From the NCBI GenBank assembly GCA_048270185.1, contig JBLWTJ010000001.1, positions 1,504,001-1,568,000 of the forward strand: a stretch of DNA of 64,000 nucleotides, in the 5' to 3' direction. This document shows positions 47,370 through 55,985 of this stretch, piece after piece (the first letter of the stretch is position 1; each line of letters starts with the position of its first letter). Below the pieces are notes generated by a model. The model ran no database searches. It was given only the letters and a program-made list of their open reading frames with translations, and had not been told where the DNA came from. Both the position numbers and the translations under genes were made by a program. Origin of the DNA: Bacteriovoracaceae bacterium (GTDB lineage: Bacteria > Bdellovibrionota > Bacteriovoracia > Bacteriovoracales > Bacteriovoracaceae).

Positions 47370-48103
47370 TGTTTTGTAATCATCTTTAAAATCCAATCTG
47401 GATCATCAATAGGTAAATCATGTCCCGCTTGTTCGTGAAGTTCAAGCGTGGCATTTAGCCTTTTAGCAATTTCGATACTACATTGATAATGAGCAAGTTT
47501 ATCTTTTTTCCCTGCTAGCACAAGTGTATCGGTTTTAACTTTCTTCGGTAATTTATAATGAGAAGCTGCAAAGACTTGTCTTAAGAAATTTAGACGATTA
47601 ATAGGACGATCCTCAAATAAATCAGTGTAAAGATCGAGTAGCTCATCATCAATCTCTCCCATCTTTACAGTTAGGCCTAGAACATTTTTTTCACGATCAC
47701 GTGTATTAGTATTAAAGATTGCTTTTGAGAATGTTCCAATTGCTTCAAATGAAAGTCTTCGGTAAACCGGAGCGACATCTCGAGTTGAGGTATTTATAAG
47801 GACGGTCTTAGTAAAATCGTCTTCAAAGCGGTCCGTCCAATCCAGGGCCATCATTCCTCCCATTGAGATTGCAATGACACCCCATTCTCCAGGATGCTCT
47901 TCTTTCATCTTAAGCCATTCTGATCTAAGATCATCAACGTATTGTGAAATTTTTAAGGGAGACTTCTTTTCGTTCTTCGAGCCTACTCCAAGATAATCAA
48001 TCGTGAATACATTCTCACAACCTTTCAAGTTTTTAATTTTATCAGGGAATGTATGCCAATGGCGGCCCTCTCTTGCCAGTCCTCTAAGTAGTAACCAATT
48101 CAT
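47351..48103 (-). CDS. Alpha/beta hydrolase
   Basis: 'LLRGLARE..HW', nucleophile elbow 'AISMGG', 'D.L', 'AGHDLPIDD'. Confidence 0.88.
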   Translation of the reverse strand: MNWLLLRGLAREGRHWHTFPDKIKNLKGCENVFTIDYLGVGSKNEKKSPLKISQYVDDLRSEWLKMKEEHPGEWGVIAISMGGMMALDWTDRFEDDFTKTVLINTSTRDVAPVYRRLSFEAIGTFSKAIFNTNTRDREKNVLGLTVKMGEIDDELLDLYTDLFEDRPINRLNFLRQVFAASHYKLPKKVKTDTLVLAGKKDKLAHYQCSIEIAKRLNATLELHEQAGHDLPIDDPDWILKMITKHYFESK

Positions 48104-48121
48104 TACAATATTCCTTATCTT

Positions 48122-49081
48122 TTATTTCTTAATCCATGCTTTAGAGCTACCAACTGCTCTAAAGAGAAATTTAATTAGCATAATATGTCTTCTCATCGTG
48201 CGATCATAGCGATGAGACTTTAGAGGATTAAATAGTCCTCCACGCATAAAAATCTGTAATGGGTTCTTCTTAACCCAAATCCAACTTCCCATTTCAAGAG
48301 TTAATGGAAGATAGACTCCATCAGGATTAACCTTTAAATACTCATCATAAAGATAATCCCAAGCATCACCTTGGATAGTATAACTCTCACTCGTCGGTTC
48401 AATCTTATAAATATGATGAGGGTGAGTTTCACTTAAGAGCTGCTCTAGGTTTTGCATCTCTCTTATATGCTTAAATGGTTCAAGAGTTCTTGCATATGGA
48501 TACCAGAGACGATCTTTTAGGCCAAAGCCAGAGTGAAAATCCACTGAGATAGCACTCTTTGCTGAAAAGATCTTTTCTTTAACAAAGTCGACGACACACT
48601 GAAGCTCATGCTCCATTGGTGCATCTAACTCTCCTTGATACCACGGAAGTTTGCGAGACACTCTTTGCCCTGACAACAGAAACTTAGTCTTTCCATCGGT
48701 AACTGATGGTGAATTTCTCATGAGGTCCACGTCATTATGATTTGAGCGACGATGATGGTACATGCCCCACGGATTGATTAATGGTATTGATATAATTCTG
48801 AACTTTTCTAAACTTCGTCTCAGTTCTTCATCCCAAGACATTTGCTTAAATAGTGATGTTAGATATGTGACGACAACTTGAGTTCCAACTTTCTCCAGTC
48901 CGTGAACTCCTCCAAAGAGTGCCAAAACTGGTGCAGTGGGATCTTGGCTTCCAATTTCAAAAAAGTGTATTGGATAACTTTCACCTTCGTGATTAACTCT
49001 TCCGATTTCACCACATTTAATCAAATCATCTTTGATGGAAGTTAATTCGCATATTGCATTTAACTCATCAAAGTCTTTCAC
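48122..49081 (-). CDS. M14-family zinc carboxypeptidase-like protein
   Basis: 'GGVHGLE' (HxxE), 'NPWG....RSN..DVDLMRN', 'VDFHSG', 'TLEMG'. Confidence 0.85.
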   Translation of the reverse strand: MKDFDELNAICELTSIKDDLIKCGEIGRVNHEGESYPIHFFEIGSQDPTAPVLALFGGVHGLEKVGTQVVVTYLTSLFKQMSWDEELRRSLEKFRIISIPLINPWGMYHHRRSNHNDVDLMRNSPSVTDGKTKFLLSGQRVSRKLPWYQGELDAPMEHELQCVVDFVKEKIFSAKSAISVDFHSGFGLKDRLWYPYARTLEPFKHIREMQNLEQLLSETHPHHIYKIEPTSESYTIQGDAWDYLYDEYLKVNPDGVYLPLTLEMGSWIWVKKNPLQIFMRGGLFNPLKSHRYDRTMRRHIMLIKFLFRAVGSSKAWIKK

Positions 49082-49083
49082 AT

Positions 49084-49764
49084 TTAAGACCTTTGAAATG
49101 TTTTCTGATTATATGGAAATAAGAAGATAACAAAGAACATGGCACAACCAACAAGTTCTCCTACTTCACCTTTTTTTCCGTGATCAATCAAACTCACAAG
49201 AATAAACATCAGAAGATAGAATGCCGTGTGAAGAAGCTTCGGAACAGGAACAGCAAAGTCATCAACAAGATATTGAACAAATCCTATAGCGCGGTAAAGG
49301 AATGGCAGGATTAAAACATAAACTCCGATGAAGATACCAATCAACAGTCCAAAGATTACTTTATTCACTCTAAAATCTCCAAATTGAAGATTATGTAGAG
49401 TGATATCGTTTTGAGTATTATATTGTTGAAAAAATTCTGGAGCACCTAGATTAAAAATTCTTTGTCCCCACGCAATTTCTTCACCGAAACCAAAGAAGAA
49501 AAGTGCAGCAAAGGCCAGAAGTGAGAACTTAAAGATCTTTGATTTGCCATCTTTAATTGTGAAGTAGCGCCATAAGCATAGAATAGAAACAAGTAGTAGA
49601 TAAACTGCTTGCTGAATTTCTAAGAATCCATCTTCAACAGTATAAACACCTGAGAACCACTCAGGGTTTGACTTCGCAAAGTACATTCCAAAGAACACCA
49701 TATGTGCAATGGATGTCATAATTATCGCTTCTACAATTCCAATCTTATCTTTAAATACGCTCAT
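49084..49764 (-). CDS. Integral membrane protein, 'EExSWGQR' family (paralog of 35722-36402)
   Basis: 'EDGFLE', 'GEEIAWGQRIF', 'NTQNDITLHN', 'E.GE'; start set at ATG 49764 from promoter geometry. Confidence 0.75.
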   Translation of the reverse strand: MSVFKDKIGIVEAIIMTSIAHMVFFGMYFAKSNPEWFSGVYTVEDGFLEIQQAVYLLLVSILCLWRYFTIKDGKSKIFKFSLLAFAALFFFGFGEEIAWGQRIFNLGAPEFFQQYNTQNDITLHNLQFGDFRVNKVIFGLLIGIFIGVYVLILPFLYRAIGFVQYLVDDFAVPVPKLLHTAFYLLMFILVSLIDHGKKGEVGELVGCAMFFVIFLFPYNQKTFQRS

Positions 49765-49799
49765 TTGTGCATTATAGACATCTCTACGACTGATGGCAA
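49765..49799 (-). promoter_or_regulatory. Sigma-70 promoter, leaderless geometry
   Basis: TTGCCA-17 nt-TATAAT-6 nt-ATG(49764), no Shine-Dalgarno. Confidence 0.65.
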
Positions 49800-49827
49800 T
49801 ATTAGGCATTCATGACACGCCGCCAAT

Positions 49828-51102
49828 TTAGGAACATTTTGGTAGTTCACTCCAACCAGTTACAAATCGATTTGATAATTTTTCACGGCGCATTTTCCAG
49901 GATTCATTATCAACACCACAGGCCATGGAACGAATCATTCCACTACCCTCTCTTCGATTAATTTCATCCATGACTTGCATAAGCTTCATGGCCTTGGGGT
50001 CATCAAGTTCTTCAAATAAACTTTGCTGAATAATGTCGGAGTCACTGAAGTTACCTAGCTTTACTCCGGCCTTCTTAAAGGAGATCCCCATTTTAAAGAG
50101 GTCATCTAATGCGGCCCAGGCGTACTTTATAATTTTTCTCGTATCACTTGTCGGTCCCAAAAGCTTGACCTTGTCATGACCATAGTAAGGTGTTTGATCT
50201 AATTTATGAGGATCGCTTAAACAAAATATCTCAATGGTTGCACATAGGCTCTGTTGATCACGCATTTTTTCACTCGCATTCGTTGCATAGTTGGCCAAAG
50301 ATTCTCTTAGGCTTTTTAGATCAACTACACCTGAACTAAAGCTTCGCGAACATAGAATCTCTTTCTTCTTAGGCTGTACTTCAGTTAATTCGTGACAGTG
50401 AATACCGCGAAGCTCATCTTGGGTCATACGCCCAAGCTTCGTTAAAGTTCTTTGGATAACTTTTGTGTTGCGAAAGACCTTAAAGTCGTAGGCCGTCTTA
50501 ATCCCTAGACTTCTAAGCTTCACACTACTCTTTGCCCCAATCCCCCATATATCTGCAACAGGCGTTCTCTCAAGAGCAATATCTTGCAATCTTTCATCGA
50601 GAAGACACACCACTCCCTGGGCCTTTTGTGATTTCTTGCCAATATGATTAGCAATTTTAGCAAGTGTCTTAGTTGGTGCAACCCCAATGCTGACAGGTAT
50701 GCCCGTCCATTGTAAAACCGTTTGACGAATCTCTTGGCAATAGGCATTGAGATCTCCTACTACCCCCGTTAAATCCAAGAAAGCTTCATCAACAGAGTAA
50801 ACTTCCATCTTAGGAGCAAAACGAGAGAGAACATTCATCACCCGATCACTGATATTTGTATACAGAGAAAAATTAGAAGAAAAAACATGAACATTGTGTG
50901 ATTCACAAAGCCTCCTTACTTTAAAATAGGGATCTCCCATTTTTACACCTAGTGCTTTTAACTCAGGGGTACGAGAAACAAAGCACCCATCATTATTTGA
51001 TAAAACTCCTACCGGTTGATTGCGAATCTCCGGTCGGAATAATCTTTCGCAAGAACAAAAGAATGAATTGCAATCCACAAGGGCGTAGACTTTCTCACTC
51101 AT
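49828..51102 (-). CDS. umuC: Y-family DNA polymerase V catalytic subunit
   Basis: 'ALVDCNSFFCSCER.FRP', 'VLSNNDGC', 'YSVDEAFLD', 'GVAPTKTLAK.AN', C-terminal 'W.MRRE.LS...T.W.ELP'; ATG 51102 overlaps the umuD stop (ATGA). Confidence 0.95.
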   Translation of the reverse strand: MSEKVYALVDCNSFFCSCERLFRPEIRNQPVGVLSNNDGCFVSRTPELKALGVKMGDPYFKVRRLCESHNVHVFSSNFSLYTNISDRVMNVLSRFAPKMEVYSVDEAFLDLTGVVGDLNAYCQEIRQTVLQWTGIPVSIGVAPTKTLAKIANHIGKKSQKAQGVVCLLDERLQDIALERTPVADIWGIGAKSSVKLRSLGIKTAYDFKVFRNTKVIQRTLTKLGRMTQDELRGIHCHELTEVQPKKKEILCSRSFSSGVVDLKSLRESLANYATNASEKMRDQQSLCATIEIFCLSDPHKLDQTPYYGHDKVKLLGPTSDTRKIIKYAWAALDDLFKMGISFKKAGVKLGNFSDSDIIQQSLFEELDDPKAMKLMQVMDEINRREGSGMIRSMACGVDNESWKMRREKLSNRFVTGWSELPKCS

Positions 51103-51482
51103 AGATCTTTCATATCCCTTGCGATAGCAGTAACTGATCCCCAAACGAGGAAATCCATGTCCTCTGTCACAATGATGTCGCGATGAAGTGGATTATGAGA
51201 ACGTAAAATGACTTGATCTCTTTCCACCACAAAGCGCTTACAAAGAAACTCCCCATCAAGATAAATCACGGCCACTTTTCCACTTCGAACTTCAATTGAG
51301 CGATCAATGACTAAGACATCTCCCGGCATAATGAGTGGCTCCATCGAATCTCCTTGCGCCTCAAAGTAGAAAGTCGCTGAGCGATTTTGCACGAAGCGCT
51401 CATCAAGAGATTGATAATTCTCAATATGATCTTCGCTAACGCCAAAGAGGCCACAATTTGCCTTCGGTAATTTCTTTTCCAT
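51099..51482 (-). CDS. umuD: UmuD/LexA S24 autopeptidase (DNA polymerase V subunit)
   Basis: Cys-Gly site 'ANCG', catalytic Ser 'GDSM' and Lys 'LCKR'; start set at ATG 51482. Confidence 0.9.
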   Translation of the reverse strand: MEKKLPKANCGLFGVSEDHIENYQSLDERFVQNRSATFYFEAQGDSMEPLIMPGDVLVIDRSIEVRSGKVAVIYLDGEFLCKRFVVERDQVILRSHNPLHRDIIVTEDMDFLVWGSVTAIARDMKDL

Positions 51483-51517
51483 ACACTCATTATAACTTAC
51501 GCACAACTTACGCACAA
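51483..51517 (-). promoter_or_regulatory. umuDC promoter with 11-bp tandem repeat; leaderless geometry
   Basis: TTGTGC-17 nt-TATAAT-6 nt-ATG(51482); AACTTACGCAC x2 at 51494-51515 spans the spacer and -35. Confidence 0.7.
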
Positions 51518-51556
51518 GAAAAAGAATTAAATTCCATATTCAACTATTTCAATAAC

Positions 51557-52072
51557 TTAGCTGGCATCAGGAAAGCGAATAATCTCGTCTAAAGGAATGA
51601 AGTAGCTAAGTCCTCGCAAATCCTGAGTGTAGCTAGCAATCACCTTAAGCTTCATTGAATCCAGGCGCTCTAGAAATTCTTTTGAAGTTTCATCAAAGCG
51701 AAAAGGTTCAATACGGCCACGAGTTGAAATCCTTCCGGCACAAAGACAATCATTTAAGTTTTGAATGGGAAGAATCCCGGCCATGGACCAGTAAAGAATT
51801 AATAGTGGTAGCTCAAGCCAGCGATAGAGTTCATCTTTAGAACTTAAGGAGCCAAGAACTGTATTATCATCAATACAAAGAACGTAGCGTTTTGGGCTTA
51901 CCTTCATATTGTACTTCTTTGTGAGAAAGATAAATTTCTCCTTGATCGCCTTTCCCTTTGGGCCTAGACCTACGATCTCTAGTCCCGGTACTCCCTTTGA
52001 AGCATAACCATAAATCTCTGTAAGATGGCCCTTACCTCCAAGTGGAAGTAGACCTAGCATTTGTTTGTGCAT
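51557..52072 (-). CDS. Stand-alone ComM/YifB N-terminal (ChlI/Lon-S5-like) domain protein
   Basis: 'GVPGLEIVGL', 'KRYVLCI', 'LELPLLI', 'AGRISTRGRI' parallel the ComM N-terminus (GLP.F.IVGL...ITVNL...DLPIA...GELSL.G); no AAA+ domain; GGAGG RBS before ATG 52072. Confidence 0.65.
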   Translation of the reverse strand: MHKQMLGLLPLGGKGHLTEIYGYASKGVPGLEIVGLGPKGKAIKEKFIFLTKKYNMKVSPKRYVLCIDDNTVLGSLSSKDELYRWLELPLLILYWSMAGILPIQNLNDCLCAGRISTRGRIEPFRFDETSKEFLERLDSMKLKVIASYTQDLRGLSYFIPLDEIIRFPDAS

Positions 52073-52121
52073 ATATCCTCCAAGCAAAAAGATAAGTGCA
52101 AGCAAAGAAAATACTTAGAAG

Positions 52122-52607
52122 TTATAACTTATTAGAATGAGGGATCTTCGCCTTTGATTGATAAAAACATTTTAAGCGAGGGGGATAAATTTCTAGAATC
52201 ATCGAAGTGGATAACTCAAGAGAGTGAGCAAAGTTGGCCTTAATTGATTCACATGAGGCCTTGGTATCTTTGCAAAATGATGCATATTGATTTTCACAAA
52301 CGAGCTCAAGAATGACTGTATCAGAAAAATGACAAGCAACTTTACCATCAACTAAATCGAAGCGGCCCTTTGTGTAATTGGCCTCTTTTGCAAATTTAGC
52401 TTCACAGAATTTAGCAATTTCAAACTCTTTGCCCATGCAATCAATCATTGAAGAAGATTTCTTATCAACGAGAAGAGCGTTCTTAACACCAAAGAATTCA
52501 CAAACCTGAGAGTAGGTAAAAATCTTGCGATCAGCACCAGTAACTAACTCACTAGTAATAGAAGCGAATGTTGAGAATGTAAAAAGTAGAATTGCTATAT
52601 ATTTCAT
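52122..52607 (-). CDS. Small secreted Cys-rich hypothetical protein
   Basis: Signal peptide 'STFA', eight Cys in 161 aa. Confidence 0.7.
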   Translation of the reverse strand: MKYIAILLFTFSTFASITSELVTGADRKIFTYSQVCEFFGVKNALLVDKKSSSMIDCMGKEFEIAKFCEAKFAKEANYTKGRFDLVDGKVACHFSDTVILELVCENQYASFCKDTKASCESIKANFAHSLELSTSMILEIYPPRLKCFYQSKAKIPHSNKL

Positions 52608-52658
52608 TAAAAAAAAACGCGCCCAATAACGGACGCGCCTATATAAAAAGATTAAATA

Positions 52659-53921
52659 CTAACCTGGGAAAAGACCTCTAAATCTCATCGCTCTCTCTAG
52701 TCTTCTTAGAGCTGCAACGAAAGCGGCCTTCTTCATATCGATTTCATATTTTTGGTGTGCTTCATAAACATTTTCAAAAGCATCTTTTAAGATATCATGA
52801 AGTTTCTTATTGATCTCAGAAAGATCCCAGAAGAAGTTCTGAAGTCCTTGTACCCATTCAAAGTAAGAAACGATAACACCACCAGCGTTACAAAGGATAT
52901 CAGGAACTAGGAAACATCCATTCTTTGTTACGATATCAATAGCAGCTTTATTCAGTGGTCCGTTAGCACCTTCTGCAATGATTTTTGCTTTTACATTGCC
53001 TGCGTTCTTTTCAGTGATAACACCATCAATGGCAGCAGGGATAAGAATATCAACATCTAAACCAAAAAGTTCTTCGTTTGAAATCTTCTCAACACCTTCA
53101 AGGTCACATAGAAGACGTCCATTCTTTGCCCATGTAATTGCTTTTTGAATATCAAGTCCGTTTGGATCATAGATAGCACCAGAAACATCTGATACAGCTA
53201 CGATCTTAGCACCTTGAGCTGATAGGTCTTCAGCAGCTGGAACAGCAACTTTACCAAAACCATGGATTGCAACAGTAGTACTCGTATCGATTTTCATTCC
53301 GATTTTCTTTGCAGCAAAGTTTACACAGAATGCAACACCTTTACCTGTTGCCTCACTACGACCAAGAGATCCACCAACAGTAATTGGTTTACCAGTAACA
53401 ACTCCAGGAACTGTATAACCTTTTAGTTGTGAGTATGTATCAAGCATCCACGCCATTGTTTGTCCGTCAGTTCCAATATCTGGAGCAGGGATATCAATAG
53501 TTGGACCAATAATCATATTGATTTCAGTTGTATATCTTCTTGTTAGAGCTTGAAGTTCTTGACGAGAAAGCTTAGTTGGATCAACGCTGATTCCACCTTT
53601 TGCTCCACCAAGTGGTAGACCAACAAGGGCACACTTAAATGTCATAAGCATAGCAAGACCAGCAGTTTCTGCAAGATCTACGCCTGGGTGAAAACGTACT
53701 CCACCTTTTCCAGGCCCAAGAGTCATATTGTGCTGAACTCGGTAACCTTGAAAAGTTTTAACAGTACCATCGTCAAGACGAATAGGAACTGCAACTTGAA
53801 GTGCTCTTTTTGGGTGTTTAAGTCTGTCGGCAACGTTTGGGTCTAATCCCATGATCGCGGCAGATTCTTCTAATTGCGCAATGGCATCCTGGTATAGTGG
53901 ATTGTCTAGAAGATTGCTCAT
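52659..53921 (-). CDS. gdhA: Glu/Leu/Phe/Val dehydrogenase (glutamate dehydrogenase)
   Basis: 'GYRVQHN..LGPGKGG.RF', 'LPLGGAKGG', 'DIPAPD', 'VTGKP...GGSLGR..ATG', 'AEGANGP', 'VSYFEWVQ'. Confidence 0.93.
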   Translation of the reverse strand: MSNLLDNPLYQDAIAQLEESAAIMGLDPNVADRLKHPKRALQVAVPIRLDDGTVKTFQGYRVQHNMTLGPGKGGVRFHPGVDLAETAGLAMLMTFKCALVGLPLGGAKGGISVDPTKLSRQELQALTRRYTTEINMIIGPTIDIPAPDIGTDGQTMAWMLDTYSQLKGYTVPGVVTGKPITVGGSLGRSEATGKGVAFCVNFAAKKIGMKIDTSTTVAIHGFGKVAVPAAEDLSAQGAKIVAVSDVSGAIYDPNGLDIQKAITWAKNGRLLCDLEGVEKISNEELFGLDVDILIPAAIDGVITEKNAGNVKAKIIAEGANGPLNKAAIDIVTKNGCFLVPDILCNAGGVIVSYFEWVQGLQNFFWDLSEINKKLHDILKDAFENVYEAHQKYEIDMKKAAFVAALRRLERAMRFRGLFPG

Positions 53922-54031
53922 TTTTTATATCTCCGTTATACATAAAATAAGCTCTAATTTACTCCTATTAAATCAAATGCGCTAGCTTTTGCTTTGTGCA
54001 AAAACTGACTTTTTTGGCCAAATTCGGTTAA

Positions 54032-54847
54032 TTAGAAATTGAATGGAGATGAGAAATTAAGCTTCAACTCATGTGACGCATTACTTCCTCCAACCATATC
54101 CTTGGCCGATACTCTTGCCGAGAGATGATCAGTAATCCCCTGCTGAACATAGAACTCCACATTCGTTCCTGCAGGATTATACTCAACGGAAGCAAGTGTT
54201 CGAGTTGCATGGAAGTTCTTTGAAACTTGCATCATGATACCATTTGATAGTGATAGATATGTGTTTGCTTCAACATATGGATTTTCCACACGAATGATAG
54301 CAAGACCTTTGATTACTTTTGCACGGAATTTAATCTTAAAATTCTCTGAAATTTCGGCCGTTGAACTTGGCGTTAATGTCTTCTTCATTTGACCTACTTG
54401 GGCCATTGTTGAGCCTTTCTTCGCTCTCTTTAAAGATCCAGAAATTCTCTTATCAATAAACTTTAGGAATTGCTTATTAAAGTAGCGCTTTCTTTCATCA
54501 ATTGTCGAAAGCCTATGTGTATCAAGTGATTCAAGATCCCAGTTTTTAATATACTCATCACGCTCCATTAAAGAGTGGTAATGATTAGACATTCTCTTTA
54601 GAACACCTGCATGATCGTAAACAAAGACATAATCAATGAAAGTCTTATAGTCTTCTGGCTTTTGCGTGTAATCCACATCAGCGTAGAAACTTTGAGGAGT
54701 ACGGGCCTTGGCCTGAGTAACCTTCACTCTTGGATTAAATGACTTAAAGAGTGAGATGTCATTTGCCATTGTCTGAATTGTGAACACTACCAGCCCAAAT
54801 TGGATAAGTTTTGAACAGTGTGTGTAGAATTTAGCCTTGTTTGTCAT
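54032..54847 (-). CDS. Secreted/outer-membrane hypothetical protein
   Basis: Signal-like N-terminus, beta-rich C-terminal half ending in Phe. Confidence 0.6.
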   Translation of the reverse strand: MTNKAKFYTHCSKLIQFGLVVFTIQTMANDISLFKSFNPRVKVTQAKARTPQSFYADVDYTQKPEDYKTFIDYVFVYDHAGVLKRMSNHYHSLMERDEYIKNWDLESLDTHRLSTIDERKRYFNKQFLKFIDKRISGSLKRAKKGSTMAQVGQMKKTLTPSSTAEISENFKIKFRAKVIKGLAIIRVENPYVEANTYLSLSNGIMMQVSKNFHATRTLASVEYNPAGTNVEFYVQQGITDHLSARVSAKDMVGGSNASHELKLNFSSPFNF

Positions 54848-54950
54848 TGTAAGCCCCTCAAATTACATAGAGAAATGTCTCTTCTGTATTATAAGTTGCA
54901 AGGGTGATGCCAAGAGTCAAAGTTAGACTAAGGAAAGCTTAAAAAACACA

Positions 54951-54975
54951 AAAGCGAGGACTAGGCCTCGCTTTT
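54951..54975. terminator. Intrinsic terminator after parB
   Basis: AAAGCGAGG-N6-CCTCGCTTTT, with A/T runs on both sides. Confidence 0.75.
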
Positions 54976-55003
54976 AGGTATTTAAAAAGTAAAAATATAT
55001 TTG

Positions 55004-55879
55004 TTACATATCCACAATGCTTTGAGTTTCTTTAAGAAGCTCATTAAGAAGTTTCTGTGTATCTTTGTCTAACTTCTTGCCTTTGGCCTGAGTCTTAAGA
55101 GTTTTAATAAAGGCATTTGCCGTTAGACCTTTTGGAGCTGCTGGCTTTTTCTTACCGGCCTTAATTACTCCACCGTCTTTAATCGCTTTCTTAAGTTCGG
55201 CCCTCTTTGTTAACTCTCCAGCATATAGCATCTTAGTTAACTTCGTTTTAAGAGGTCCTTTATCAAGAGCATCAAGCTCTAGAAGAACGTACTTTTCAAT
55301 ATTGTGGGCCTTAGCTGCTTCCTTAACTTTCTTAGTCATTTTCGCAATCATTAAAGATCTGTGAACTTCAGACTTTGAGATACCAAGAGCGGCTTGGATT
55401 TTTCTCTCACTAGCTTTTGTTGCTTTCTGATAATTTAAAATACCATCAGCTTTATCAATATAGTGTAGAGCTTCACGAGATGAGTTTTCAGAGAACTGAA
55501 TGGCCATAAGTTCTTGCTCATTCTTCTTATCGAGAATGAAACATGGACACTTTTCTTTCTTAATAAGCGTCATGGCACGGTAGCGTCTCTCACCACAAAT
55601 AAGAACAAGGCGTCCTAATTTATCTCTGTGAAGAACAAGCGGTTGAATAAGACCGTTTTGCTTAATGTTTTCAGATAATTCTTTTAAAGAGCTGTCATTG
55701 AACTTTGTTCTAACCTGTTCCTTAACAACAATTTCTTTTAAATAGACTTCATCAAGGGTTGCACCTTTGAGTAGGCGGTCACCAGATAGTCTTTCAACAA
55801 CGGCACTATCAAGACCTGATGTTAAGTCGAGTGTTTTTCTTTCTTTTTTAGAAACTCTTGGAGCAAATTTTTTTGCCAT
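55004..55879 (-). CDS. parB: ParB/Spo0J-family CTPase
   Basis: 'QVRTKF....LKELSENIKQNGLIQPL', 'ICGERRYRA', 'SENSSRE.L', HTH 'LGISKSEV', Lys-rich tail; start set at ATG 55879 (GAGGA RBS). Confidence 0.88.
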   Translation of the reverse strand: MAKKFAPRVSKKERKTLDLTSGLDSAVVERLSGDRLLKGATLDEVYLKEIVVKEQVRTKFNDSSLKELSENIKQNGLIQPLVLHRDKLGRLVLICGERRYRAMTLIKKEKCPCFILDKKNEQELMAIQFSENSSREALHYIDKADGILNYQKATKASERKIQAALGISKSEVHRSLMIAKMTKKVKEAAKAHNIEKYVLLELDALDKGPLKTKLTKMLYAGELTKRAELKKAIKDGGVIKAGKKKPAAPKGLTANAFIKTLKTQAKGKKLDKDTQKLLNELLKETQSIVDM

Positions 55880-55985
55880 AAATTCCTCTTCCCTATGTTG
55901 AGACAATTTCCTTTAAAGAGGGCCAGTCACACACACATGGCCCCTTTAAAAGCGAAACACATCCGTGTGTCTCAAAAATTATAGA
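55880..55985 (-). promoter_or_regulatory. Structured parA-parB intergenic element with CsrA-like site
   Basis: Hairpin GAGACAC-ACGGAT-GTGTTTC, hairpin TTTAAAGGGGCCA-N12-TGGCCCTCTTTAAA, alternative TTGAGACA/TGTCTCAA pairing. Confidence 0.55.
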
